A stretch of 64,000 nucleotides of DNA from an uncultured bacterium (GTDB lineage Bacteria > Zixibacteria > MSB-5A5 > CAIYYT01): NCBI GenBank assembly GCA_963698225.1, contig CAVOPW010000004.1, positions 386,959-450,958 on the forward strand, read 5' to 3'. The notes beneath the pieces are model-generated. The model did not search any database. It was not told the origin of the DNA and saw only the letters and a list, made by a program, of their open reading frames with translations. A program made the translations under genes and the position numbers. Below are positions 30,009 through 41,534 of this stretch, piece by piece. Each line of letters starts with the position of its first letter. Within the stretch, counting starts at the first letter, position 1.

Positions 30009-30461
30009 ATGGAAATTTCTCTGAAAGCCGACTACGCCTTGCGCGCAGTTCAGTACATCGTACAATCGAAAAGCCCGCGGCCGACGATCAATGAAATCGC
30101 CGAGAAAGAGCAGATGCCGCGTGAATTCCTGGCCAAGGTCCTGCTTGACCTGACCGAAGCCGGAATCCTGAAATCGTTTCGGGGTATCAACGGCGGATAT
30201 CAACTGGCGCGACGTCCAGCTCAAATCACGATGCTGGAGGTGATCGAAGCGATCGGTGGCCCCGTGAAGCTTAACCGGCACCAGCCCAACCAGAAACTGA
30301 AGGACGGCACTTTGTCAGCCGCATCGCTGATGCATCCCTACTTTGCGGCTCTGGAGAAACAGCTGATCGATACACTCAAGAAGCAGACATTTGCTAAGTT
30401 TCCGGCAAGGGCGGAAAGTAAGAGCCGCGTGATTCTAAAGACTGTGTCGATGCTTCTATGA
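30009..30461 (+). CDS. Rrf2-family transcriptional regulator
   Basis: 150 aa. Winged-helix N-terminus SLKADYALRAVQYIV...TINEIAEKEQMPREFLAKVLLDLTEAGILKSFRGINGGYQLAR. Confidence 0.8.
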   Translation: MEISLKADYALRAVQYIVQSKSPRPTINEIAEKEQMPREFLAKVLLDLTEAGILKSFRGINGGYQLARRPAQITMLEVIEAIGGPVKLNRHQPNQKLKDGTLSAASLMHPYFAALEKQLIDTLKKQTFAKFPARAESKSRVILKTVSMLL

Positions 30462-31653
30462 ACTGTCTTTCGGCAATTTAGAGCATATGTTGATTTGTGG
30501 ACACACAAACATCGGAGAATTGTATGGGTAAGGCTCATTCCACCAAAATTTCTCAAGCTCCGCTTGGCAATTGACATGTCAGGCTTGTTGACCTTTTCGT
30601 TATTGAGCTTGCAGGAAAGCGCGTTGGCATGTGGCAAAATCCCGATTCTGATTCGAGCCCGACTTAAGTCGGCGAGATCGTCCTCGGCGGACTAGGATCA
30701 TCCATAGGCAACGAGCCGGATTGCGTCATAGGCTTCGATAATCGTGCACGGTTGCCGCCTTGCCTGGGCGAAGACGGTGTTTGAAACAAGGGCTTACGGA
30801 ACTGATTCGTGCACCAGTTCGAAATAACGGACGGCCGAGTCGCTCTGCCGGCCGTTCGTTGCGCACGCTGGAGTCGCTATTGGGATCTTTCCATAGTAAT
30901 CGGGTTTTAGAAGTTCACTTGATTCGTGCGGCTCTGGGTGCTTCGACAGCAATCAGGCTTGGCGATTTTTGGTACGGATTTGTGAGAACGGGAGGAAGTG
31001 AAGACATGTCACTACGAAAGTCCAAGTCAACAATGGGGTCAGAATAGAGCACGAAAGATGGACTATCCATTTGGCAGTGTACAGCGCTGCGACGGGGCGG
31101 TTGATGTGGAACGGTGGCATGTCGGACAAGAGAACACAAAGCGTTGATCACACCGCTGGAAACACCATTAGTTCTGTGGGAGACTTTATCGGCGGACATG
31201 GTGGCGGATCTGCTCTTGCCGTAGCCGACTGGAGCTCCAGCGAGCACGGCCGGAGAAGCAGTCGCTCAAGATACTTTAGGGAGAGATGTTCTGGCTCAGT
31301 GTGGAAGCATCGCTGGAAGCAATAGTCGCGGTACTCTGGAGTCTCCAGGAACTTGTGACACAATAAATGGTTGCAGTTGTTCGCGAACGGCGAGTTTTGG
31401 ACACAAGCCCCCGAACTCACTCCGCTTGCCTTGACTGGCGCGGACGGCAAAGACTGGTCGTCTTGCTGGACATTCGTGTTTCTCTCCGGGCAACGTTGAT
31501 GCTCACCTTTAGCGCACGGTCTACTTGCACATCTCAAATGATTTCATAATATCAAGCACGCCCTGCGTGCGAGGTCCGGATGCCGATGGCATTCCTCACT
31601 TGACTCCCACTTTCCTCTGCGTACATTCGTTCAATCATTGAGAGGAGCGATTC

Positions 31654-32148
31654 GTGTCCTTACGTTACATCCTTGATGGATACAACATCATCAAGCGCAC
31701 CGAATTCTTGGCCAAGATGAAACTGGAAGACGCGCGCGGTGAGTTGGTGCGATTCATCATCAACAAACGGCCGCACGGCAGTCAGCGCAACAAAGTCACC
31801 GTGGTGTTCGATGGCAAGGCCGGCTTCTATATGCCGTCGCACGAAAACAGAAGCGTGGAGGTTATCTTCGCGACCAAGACCAACGCCGATCAAGAGATCA
31901 AGAACATCGTCGGTCGCAGCCGCACGCCCCGACATTTGACTATTGTCACCGACGATCGCGAAATTCAATCGTATGTCAAAGCCTGCCACGCAGAGGTCAT
32001 GAGCTGCGCCGAATTCATCGGTCGGGGATCATCGCCACGTAACACCGACGACGCCGCTTCCAAAGGCGGCCTCACGCAGCAACAACAAATCGAAATCAAC
32101 AAGGAACTGGAAATCGAATTCGGCTTGCCCGACGGCGACGACGAGTGA
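31654..32148 (+). CDS. NYN-domain (YacP/Rae1-like) putative ribonuclease
   Basis: 164 aa with a GTG start after GAGAGGAG. YILDGYNIIK...VTVVFDG...VIFA...ADQEIKN...IVTDDREIQ matches the YacP-like NYN pattern. Confidence 0.6.
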   Translation: MSLRYILDGYNIIKRTEFLAKMKLEDARGELVRFIINKRPHGSQRNKVTVVFDGKAGFYMPSHENRSVEVIFATKTNADQEIKNIVGRSRTPRHLTIVTDDREIQSYVKACHAEVMSCAEFIGRGSSPRNTDDAASKGGLTQQQQIEINKELEIEFGLPDGDDE

Positions 32149-32555
32149 TTTTATGCGCTGCAAGAGCACCGAGAGTCAACATTTGAGATGAGCTGCGGCA
32201 TTCATGTGCCGGCAGGTGTTACACCGAAGATCATAATGGCAGGGAAGAGGACTACTCTATCGTGACCCTCTTCTTGATTCGTGTCCAGATTGATACAAGC
32301 TGAAGGACTTCTTCCTAAGGGTGAGTCCGTGTGAAGCGCCTGCCAGCCGGATCGGTATTTTCATCAAACGGCGAGGAAGGGCCTCTCGACTGTTTCTTCC
32401 CACATCCGTATAAACAAATGAAAATCGTCAGCAATAAGCCAAGAACTGTCTTCCCTTTGCTGATGCGCTGCTTTCGCAGAATTGCAGACGGAGATTTCAT
32501 AACTGCTGAATGTATCGGCAGGATGAAGTCGGAATCTACGCCCCGATGAGCTGGC

Positions 32556-33506
32556 TTAGTAGGCGCTGGCCGTGTCCAGAGAGGCGACTTGATCGGCGTT
32601 CAGCTTGATCGTAGTCGCCGCTATCAAGTCATTTAGCTGTTCGATACTTGTAGCACTGGCGATAGGTGCTGTGATGCTCTCTCTCGCCATCAGCCAGGCA
32701 ATCGACAATTTACCCGGTGTCGAGTCAAGCTGCTCCGCCAACTCGTCGAGCGCTGCCAGAATTCGAAACCCTCTTTCGTCCAGGAATTTCTTCACGCCCT
32801 GTCCGCGCGGGCTCTTTGTCAGGTCGGCTTCCGAGCGGTACTTGCCGGTGAGAAATCCCCGCGCCAATGAGAAATACGGAATGACACCCAAACCGCATTT
32901 CAAACAAAGCTGTTCAAGATTGGATTCGTAGTCCGCCCGCTCGTAGAGATTGTAGCAGGGTTGAAGACACTGGTACAAAGGCCAGCCCTTCGCTTCACTG
33001 GCCATCAGCGACTCTGACAGTCGCTCGGCGGTGAAATTTGAAGCGCCAATGACGCGAACCTTGCCCTGCTCGACGAGCTGTGAAAACGCTTCCAAGGTTT
33101 CTTCGACAGGCGTGTCCTTGTCATCCGTGTGCGACTGGTACAAATCAATATAGTCCGTCTGAAGACGCTGCAGGGATTCTTCCACGGAGCGAACAATGTG
33201 TGCCTTTGTGAGCCCCTTCCTGTCCGCATCCATCTCCATTCCGACCTTGGTAGCAATCAAAACCTTGGCGCGATTCCCTCTCGCTTTCTGCCACTTGCCG
33301 ATGATCGTCTCCGATTCGCCGCCCACATGTCCCGGTTTCCAGCGTGAATAGACATCAGCCGTATCAATCAAGTTGAATCCGGCATCGACAAATCGGTCGA
33401 GGATCTCAAACGACGCTGCCTCATCAATCGTCCAGCCGAAAACGTTGCCGCCCAATGCCAGCGGGGCGACTTCGAGCCCGGAATTTCCTATCTTGCGTGT
33501 CTGCAT
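32556..33506 (-). CDS. aldo/keto reductase
   Basis: Start at MQTRKIGNSGLEVAPLALGGNVFGW (ATG 33506). IDTADVY, LIATK and GASNF blocks are present. Confidence 0.85.
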   Translation of the reverse strand: MQTRKIGNSGLEVAPLALGGNVFGWTIDEAASFEILDRFVDAGFNLIDTADVYSRWKPGHVGGESETIIGKWQKARGNRAKVLIATKVGMEMDADRKGLTKAHIVRSVEESLQRLQTDYIDLYQSHTDDKDTPVEETLEAFSQLVEQGKVRVIGASNFTAERLSESLMASEAKGWPLYQCLQPCYNLYERADYESNLEQLCLKCGLGVIPYFSLARGFLTGKYRSEADLTKSPRGQGVKKFLDERGFRILAALDELAEQLDSTPGKLSIAWLMARESITAPIASATSIEQLNDLIAATTIKLNADQVASLDTASAY

Positions 33507-33526
33507 CAGTTCTCCGTGAAAGATCG

Positions 33527-33961
33527 TCAAACGCGGTAGAGATCCGCTCGCCAATTCTTGACGGCCCGCTTGATGTCATCGCTCGAAAGACCTTCATCGG
33601 CAGCGCGCTTTGACAAGGCTACGAATTCTTCATCCGAGGCGAATCGCAATGCGATCACTTGCCGCATCGTCAGCCTTGAGTCGAGCATCCGCCCGGTCAT
33701 GACGAAATGGCGGAGATTCTCTTCAGCCCGAATGGCGCGGTCCTGCGCCTTAAGCGGAAATGATCTTGCATAGTAAAACAACATCAGCAGGCACACGAAG
33801 ACAACAACCAGCAGGGACGCCGAGTAGAGCCGCGTATGATCGCCGAAGGAATTGTAGAGGTTTACACACGCGCCAATCAGTGAAAGAACCAGTACTCCGA
33901 ACAAGATAAAGTGATAACCCGGCACGAGGCGGGCGTGTTTAGCATGACTCTGCTCCTGCAT
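33527..33961 (-). CDS. hypothetical two-TM membrane protein
   Basis: Start at MQEQSHAKHARLVPGYHFILFG. Two hydrophobic helices followed by a soluble helical tail. No function recognised. Confidence 0.4.
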   Translation of the reverse strand: MQEQSHAKHARLVPGYHFILFGVLVLSLIGACVNLYNSFGDHTRLYSASLLVVVFVCLLMLFYYARSFPLKAQDRAIRAEENLRHFVMTGRMLDSRLTMRQVIALRFASDEEFVALSKRAADEGLSSDDIKRAVKNWRADLYRV

Positions 33962-34115
33962 TTCTTCTTCCTTTCCGAAAACGTGTTTCACATCAATTCA
34001 ATCTGCGGCAAGATGCCTGATAACGCAAGCCCGCAAAATAGGCTGCGAATATCTCAAGATCGAACTCTCGAAAACCATTGAATCGGGGAAACTTGATGCA
34101 CAGACGGCGCTGTCT

Positions 34116-36714
34116 TTATCCAATCAGCAGCTTCTGGAATCCCGGCAGCCCGCGCAATGGCGCAAAGTGCTCCGATACCATCAACAGCGGCCGGGAGATA
34201 TAGGAGGGAACTCCCAGCAAGAATTTCAACTGTTCAATCGCTTGATCATGGCGCCCGAGCGTCGTAAGCGTCAGCGCAAAAGTCTCCATATAGACAATAC
34301 TGAACACGTGGTCGCGGTCATGCGGGAACAGGGCAATGGCCTTTTCTCCACAGCTGATCGCCTGCTCGGCCTGGCCGAGACCGGCATAGGCGAATCCGAG
34401 GTTCGCAAGATAACGGGCATCGTCGGGATTTGTCTTGAGCTTGGTTTCGAGCATCACCCGCGCAGATTCAAAATATGATCTTGCTTCAGAGTCGCGTCCC
34501 AACCGTTGGGCCAGCCGTCCCTTGTTGATGAAGTACAGCTCCATCTCAACTTCGTCGATGGCCAGTTTGTCCATCGCTTTCTGAACATCACCGTCACAGT
34601 ACTCGACAAACACATCCAGCAGCGTGAACTCCATCACCATTTCGGCCGGGACGACGCGCGATTCGCCATCCCGGAATATTCTCGCCGCGGCAGTCACATT
34701 GCCGTCCCGCAGTAAGACGGTCTGGGCCTTCCTCGGCATAGATATCGATCCAGTCCGGCACAAGCCAGATGGCCCGGTCAAACTGAATCAACGCCGCATC
34801 GTATTGGCGAAGAAGCATTAGCGTATTACCTAATTCCGACGCCAGAAGCGATGACTTGGGATCCAGTTCGGCGGCTTTACGGATGTTACGCAGCGCTTCA
34901 TTCCAGAAACCGAGACGCCTCTGGATAAATCCGGTGGCAGCCAGAAGATTACTGTCATTCGGGCGGCTCTTGCCGGCCAACACGAATTGCTCAAGCGCCG
35001 GCATGTACTCCTTACAGCCATAATAATAATAGTAACCCAAGGCCAGACTTGTCTCCGGCAACTGGGGCGCAACCCGGACGGCAGCATCAACCGACACCTT
35101 CGCTCTGGCGACGCGCGCCTGGGTTCGGTCATGGAAAAACCAATACATACTAAGATTGGCCTGACTCAACTTGACGTGAGCCAGCGCAAACTCCGGATCA
35201 AGTTCAACCGCCTTCTCATACAACTCGATCGCCTTGCTGATGTCCGCCGGCTGCGTGCTGCGCGGATAGAATTCGTTCCCGCGCAAGTAGTAGTCGTAGG
35301 CTTCAAGACTGGTCGTTGGAATTCGCGACAAACTATCCAGTTCGGGAGTCGCCAGCGCGACGCCCAGCGCCTTGGTAATTTCCGACGCCAACTCCGACTG
35401 GAGAACAAATATCTGGGCGAGAACGCGATCGTAGGATTCCGCCCAGATATACGATTCATCCTTGGTATCGACCAGCTTGCAGCTCAAGCGAAACGTTGAT
35501 GGTGTTTGACTATTGTCCCAGCGGATAGTTGCTGTCAGAAGAAACTCCACTCCCAATTCGGTCGCGATCTGCTGCACGCTTCGGCTCTTGTCTTTGAATT
35601 GACGCGCACTGTTGTTGGAAATAACCTTGAGAAGTTTGATCTTGGCCAGACTCGTCGTGATTTCGTCGGTAATACCGTCGGCAAAATACTCTTGTTCCGT
35701 CGGTCCGAGATTTTCAAAGGGCAGTATGGCAATAGCCTTCTTGAGACCAACGGAGGTCCTGGTAACTGTGCTTGCCTCCATGCCTTGGGGCCGCGCCAAC
35801 GGCGCTACGGTGGCTGCACCGGGAAATTGCGACGACGATTGTTCTTCACGCCGTGCTGCTTGTCGGAGGTCTCGTGCAAGGTCTTCAATCTTCTGATAGC
35901 GCTGTGTCGGATCCTTCTGCAGCGCCCGATCGACGATGGCGCTAATTTTCTCGCCGACTTCGGGATTGACGTGCTGCAGCGGTACGTGAACTTGTTGCAG
36001 GATCGCCAGCAAAGTCGCGATCTCCGAGTCCTTCTTAAACGGTGTCTGTCCGGAAAGCATCTCGTAGATGACAACGCCGAGCGAGAATATATCCGAGCGC
36101 TGGTCGACCTCGACGCCCTGCGCTTGTTCCGGCGACATATAGGTGATCGTACCCAGTCGTACACCGGTACTGGTGAGCCCGGACACGCTCTGCAGCTTGG
36201 CGAGTCCGAAGTCGAGTATCTTGATGCGGCCTTTGCCGCTGACCAGGATGTTGGCCGGTTTAATATCGCGGTGGACAATGTTGCGTTCATGGGCGGCCGC
36301 CAATCCATCGCACACCTGCAGAATCAGGTCGATGCAGTTCTCCATCGGCAATCGTTGCGCCTTGATCAGATCCTTGAGAGGAACACCCTCCACAAGTTCC
36401 ATCGCGATGAATTGCCTCCCCTCGCTCTCATCGACCTCGTAAATCGTGACAATGTTGTTATGATTGAGGGCGGCGGCGGTTTGCGCCTCGCGAATGAATC
36501 TGGCCTTCGTTTCCGGGTCGTCTGCCAGTGTCGGCGGGAGAAGCTTGATTGCGACATTGCGCTGCAGTTTGGGATCGAAGGCAAGATAGACCTCGCCCAT
36601 GCCGCCGGCGCCGATTTTCTCGATGACGCGATACCGGCCGACGCTTGCGACTCGACCGTCGTTGCGACTTACCTTCGTCTGTTCGAGATGATTTTGCTCT
36701 TCGGAATCACTCAT
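34116..36714 (-). CDS. Ser/Thr protein kinase with TolB-N-like and TPR domains, frame disruption near 34734-34742
   Basis: Kinase motifs GAGGMGEVY, VAIK, HRDIKPANIL, DFGLA and SPEQ. This is followed by a LPFENLG...ADGITDEI module and TPR repeats. The TPR region continues from ..PDWIDIYAEE into AQTVLLRDGNVTAAARIF.. (ORF 34116..34781). Confidence 0.85.
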
Positions 36715-36868
36715 AGCATTCTCTTAGGACTACCCGCTTCAATGGGCACATTTCGCCCGGATAACGGGTTGAGGATAGCTAATCTGCGGGCCACAGACAA
36801 TCAAAATGCAAAAGAGCCGGTTGGTTTTACGCAACCGGCTCCGCGGGCAATTGTTTATACAACGCGAA

Positions 36869-37288
36869 CTACGGAGACTGGAAAATGTACTTAATCAGCC
36901 AGACCGCGTCAGAAATGTTAGTTATCCCGTTGCCGTCAGCATCTCCCCCACAGGCAGTGATCGGCTCGGGGCCGCCCAGGAAGATGAAATTGATAATATA
37001 AACGGCATCAGAAATGTTGGCGTTGCCGCTCCCATCAGCATCACCGGAACGACAGACTGTGAACTCCTGCCAGAATCCCTGGTTGACTCGATAGTTGGGA
37101 GAAACCACGCCGCCAATTGCCGTCTGCACGACGGTACCCTTAATATTCTTCCCGTCGGCAAAATTGCTGTTGGTTCCACCGGTAGCCACAACCTGCCACT
37201 TGATATGGTACGTGTCTGCCGCCAGAGCGGAACACAACACCATCATGAAGCATATGGCTGCGCGAACAATCATTCGGACCTTCGTCAT
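36869..37288 (-). CDS. small secreted protein with dockerin-like C-terminal module
   Basis: 139 aa with a signal peptide. Y.IKWQVVATGG...SPNYRVNQGFWQ motif, then GDADGSGNANISDAVYIINFIFLGGPEP..GDADGNGITNISDAVWLIKYIF. Confidence 0.65.
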   Translation of the reverse strand: MTKVRMIVRAAICFMMVLCSALAADTYHIKWQVVATGGTNSNFADGKNIKGTVVQTAIGGVVSPNYRVNQGFWQEFTVCRSGDADGSGNANISDAVYIINFIFLGGPEPITACGGDADGNGITNISDAVWLIKYIFQSP

Positions 37289-37311
37289 AAGTTTCCTCCG
37301 ATTTCGGCCCG

Positions 37312-38560
37312 TTATTGTTTGTTCTTATCCGCGGCAACTTGCTGCAGAAGTGATCTCAAGTCATCCATTTCGGCTTTCAGTTTCGCGATTTCCGCTTCCG
37401 TGCTGCTCACCGAATTCGAGCGCAGAGACTGTGGCGCTGCCTGGCCATTTCCGACAGTATTCGAAACGGTAGTCGTCGGTGCGGCTGTGGCGGAAGACGA
37501 ACTTATTGCGCCGTAAGCTTTCGGTATGAAAACCAGAGTCAAAGTCTTGTCTGAGGCTGAAAATTCCGCTTCACCGGCAACCTTTTCGGCCACCAGGTAG
37601 AACGTGGAAGATCCCGCCTCGACGGCAAACACTTTCTGAAGGCTAATGACGTTTCGCGCCTTGAGGAATGGATTATTCGATTTAAACAACCAGCTCTTAC
37701 GCTGATCATCTGGCTGTTCAGTCTCACTCGCAACAAGGCCAAACTCGGCCTCGTATGTTGGGATCGTTTCCGGTGCTACCGAAGGGTTGCTGTAGTCAGA
37801 TCGATCAAAAGCGGCCTCACACGAGCCTAACACAAGAACATACCCGTCGCTGGGGCAATCAATTGATTGCTGCGGCGAGTATCACTCGGGAGTTGCCGAT
37901 CGTAGTTGTTACATCGTTGATTTCGGTTTGTGCAGCGCCGGAACTCATGGCAGCGGTGCATTGCCGGCTGTCGTCTCCGGAAAACTGCAGACAGGGAGTA
38001 AATACTTCCGTCTCACTTGCCCAGAACCTGACACTATCTAGATCGTCAAACAGTTCGTAGCGCAACTGGTCGACCTCGCCGTCCTTGGCACCCGATGATG
38101 GCTGCAAACCAATCGTACCAGAAATTACACCACCGCGGGCGCCATCAAGCGTCTCCACTCGCGTCGAGTATCCGACCGATACCAGTCGAGTGCGCGGCTC
38201 CCCTTCGGGATCGCTGCCAATCTGGATACCAAGATAACTCGCGGACGAGTCAAAAACTTCCGGCTCGATCTGGATGTTATCGCCAAGAATCACGTTAAAT
38301 AGTCCGTTCGTCACATCAACCAGCAAAGTTTCTTCCCACTTCAGATTTGCGGGTTCGGTCAAAAAAGGATGATTCCAGATACGAAAGGTCATTTGCACGC
38401 CCGTAGCGTTCAACGGCTGGCCGTTGACATCAGTCAACAGTCCCTGATAATTGAGTCGCGATGGTGTCACGCCGCCAAAAACACTCGTCGCGAATAGTAG
38501 GATGAATGCGGCAAGCAGCATCAACGAACCGAATCGAATGGTCATACTCTTTCCTCTCAT
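37312..38560 (-). CDS. secreted tail-fibre-like protein with C-terminal coiled coil (paralog of 17235-19058), frame disruption within 37862-37881
   Basis: ORF 37859..38560 has a signal peptide and LNYQGLLTDVNGQPLN...TF.IW...NGLFNVILG. ORF 37312..37833 stays open upstream to 37881 (YSPQQSIDCPSDGYVLVLG...TLTLVFIPKAYG...EAEIAKLKAEMDDLRSLLQQV). The two halves match the single gene at 17.2-19.1 kb. Confidence 0.55.
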
Positions 38561-38804
38561 TAGAATGTCACGTACCTTGGGCCAAGCTTCGCTACTGCAA
38601 TCAACACACCGAAATCAGCGTGCTGCGATTTCCACATCGGCTCCGAGAGCGGCTTGGGTTTAGGGATTACTTTAAGCAATGAAAGGAAAAACAACAGAAA
38701 AGCAAGAAAAAATGTTATTTATGGATACATGATAGACCATTTTTGGAGCCACTTCGCTTCTGACGGGTGCAGCAACCAAGCGAACACGGCCACAACCCGC
38801 CGTT

Positions 38805-41361
38805 CTATCGAAACTCGATCTGCCCCTTCACACAATCGACTACCACGGTAGCTCCGCTTTGAATCTTCCCTTCGATGATCCTAAACGACAATTCGTCCAG
38901 TATCTTGTTCTGAATCAATCGCTTAAGCGGGCGGGCGCCGTAAACTTCGTCAAACCCGGCGCGGGCGAGATAATCTATAGCCTCCGCAGTGATGGTCAGG
39001 TCGACGCCTTTCTTCTTCAGTCGTTCCGCCACTTGCCTCATCTGTAGGTCGACGATTCGGGCGATCTCCGTCTGCGACAGGGGCTGGAATATGACAATGT
39101 CGTCAAGACGGTTCAAAAACTCCGGCTTAAAAGTCTGTTTCAATACTTCGGTTACGGCCCGTTCTCGGGCTGAAACATCCTTGGCAAACAGCGCAATCTG
39201 TTGAGAGGCCAGGTTCGAAGTCATGATGATGACTGTGTTCTTGAAATCCACAGTCCGTCCTTTGTTGTCGGTCAGCCGCCCTTCATCAAGCACCTGCAAC
39301 AGGATGTTGAAGACATCGGTATGTGCTTTCTCGATTTCATCGAATAGCACGACCGCATAGGGATGCCGTCTTACCGCTTCCGTCAGTTGTCCGCCTTCTT
39401 CATATCCGACATATCCCGGCGGCGAGCCAACAAGCCGGGCGACTGAATGCTTTTCCATGTATTCGCTCATGTCGATTCGAACCAGCATCTTTTCGTCGTT
39501 GAAGAGGAATTGTGCCAGCGCCTTGGTCAGTTCCGTCTTCCCGACACCGGTGGGTCCAAGGAACATGAAAGATCCAATTGGCCGGCCCTCTTCCTGAATC
39601 CCGGCCCGGCTGCGACGAACCGCGTTGGCAACGACTCTGATTGCCTCTCTTTGACCCACCACTCGCTTTCCGAGTTCCTCCTCCATATGCGCCAGCTTCT
39701 CCGACTCCTCGGTCAGCATGCGTGCCACCGGGATACCGGTCCAGCGCGAAACTACCTGCGCAATGTCCTCCTCATCAACCTCTTCTTTGAGGATCGCGCG
39801 ATCCTGCTGCAGACGCGCCAACTCCTCTTTGACCAGCTTTATCTGCTTCTCCAAATCGGGAATCTTCCCGTAGGTTATCTCGGCTACTTTCTGCAGTTCG
39901 CCGCGCCTGTCTGCCTGGACGGAGTCTTCCCGCAAACGCTCGATTTGAGCAGAGTGGTCTTTGATCTGGTCGATCAGTCTGCGCTCGTTCTGCCAGTGGA
40001 GTTCGAGGACGGCATTTTCTTCGCGTGTTTCGGCAAGTTCCTTCTCAATCTCCAAGAGTCGCCGCTTTGATTCTTCATCCTTCTCTTTCTTGAGCGCTTC
40101 CTTCTCAATCTCAAGCTGGCGAATCCGGCGATGCAGTCGGTCGATCTCGGTCGGCTTGGAGTCGATCTCAATGCGGAGCACTGAAGCCGCCTCATCCATT
40201 AAGTCGATCGCCTTGTCCGGCAGAAAACGGTCAGTGATATATCTGGCGCTTAAGGTCACTGCGGCGACAATGGCATTGTCGCGGATACGCACGCCGTGGT
40301 GGACCTCGTACTTTTCTTTGATGCCGCGAAGAATCGAAATGGTATCCTTGATCGAGGGCTCCTCAACCATCACCGGCTGAAAACGGCGCTCCAGCGCTGC
40401 ATCTTTCTCCACATATTTGCGATACTCTTTGAGCGTAGTGGCGCCGATCGTGCGCAACCGCCCCCGCGCCAATGCCGGTTTGAGCAGGTTGCCCGCATCC
40501 ATCGCCCCTTCGGCGGCGCCCGCGCCCACGATCGTGTGAAGTTCATCAATGAAGAGAATGACTTGCCCGTCCGATTCTTCGACTTCCTTGATGACCGCTT
40601 TCAGTCGATCCTCAAACTCCCCGCGATACTTCGTCCCGGCAATCATCTGCCCCAGATCCAGTGACAGCAGCGTCTTGTTCTTGATCGTTTCCGGCACATC
40701 ACCATCGATGATTTTTTTGGCCAGGCCCTCAACAATGGCGGTCTTGCCGGTGCCCGGTTCGCCGACAAGAACCGGATTGTTCTTCGTCCGCCGCGAGAGA
40801 ATCTGCATGATGCGGCGAATCTCTTCATCGCGGCCGATCACCGGATCGATCTCGCCCCGTCTGGCCATGGCGGTAAAGTCGTGAGTGTATTTTTCCAGCG
40901 ACTGCATTTTCCCCTCGGGATCTGGATCGGTGACCCGCTGATTGCCGCGAATCGAAGCCAGCGCTTTGAGCGCGGTGTCGCGATCAGTATTTATCAACTG
41001 GCGGATGGCGCGACTGCTCAAGCAAAGCCAGGAAAAGGTGCTCGGTGGAAATGTAATCATCACGCAGTTTTCCGGCCTCACCTTCGGCCTGGTCAAATAC
41101 CTTGCGCAACTCGTCGGTTGCAAATGGTTCACCACCGGAAACCTGCGGCAGGTGCGTCAGTTCGCTCTTCACCAGCTCCGCAAGAAATCAGGCTCAATCT
41201 CCAATTTCTGCAGCAGTGACGGCACAATTCCGTCCCGCTGCTGAACAAGGACTATCAGCAGATGAAGTGGTGTTATCGCCCTGATGCCCCAATTGGCCGG
41301 CTAGCTGCATCGCTCCCTGCACAGCCTCGGATGCTTTTGTGGTGTACTTATTGAAATTCAT
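38805..41361 (-). CDS. clpB: ATP-dependent chaperone / disaggregase ClpB; N-terminal domain carries 3 frame disruptions
   Basis: The 776-aa ORF 38805..41135 contains both AAA+ modules ([17 protein letters not shown]), the M-domain coiled coil and the sensor motifs. The N-domain starts at ATG 41361 ([27 protein letters not shown]) and is readable only by switching frame near 41270-41284, 41180-41186 and 41010-41030. Confidence 0.92.
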
Positions 41362-41386
41362 GTTCAACCCCGGTTTCTCTCCTGTT

Positions 41387-41408
41387 GAGCGACTTTGTAA
41401 TGTCGCTC
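41387..41408. promoter_or_regulatory. inverted repeat GAGCGAC-N8-GTCGCTC in the clpB leader
   Basis: Lies 26-47 nt upstream of the clpB ATG and downstream of a TATAAA element on the minus strand. Confidence 0.3.
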
Positions 41409-41463
41409 TCTATCTCCTCTTTATACTATCGAAGTTCCCGCCTTATTTGAGCGGCAATGAAAC

Positions 41464-41490
41464 GGGCGCTCGACAATTAGTCGAGCGCCC
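41464..41490 (-). terminator. intrinsic terminator after the lipoprotein gene
   Basis: Perfect 11-bp stem GGGCGCTCGAC / GTCGAGCGCCC with loop AATTA. The minus strand continues GTTTCATT. Confidence 0.6.
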
Positions 41491-41534
41491 GATCTTCAGG
41501 AAGGCGTTCTCAAGAACGCCATTGCGGATGGGGG

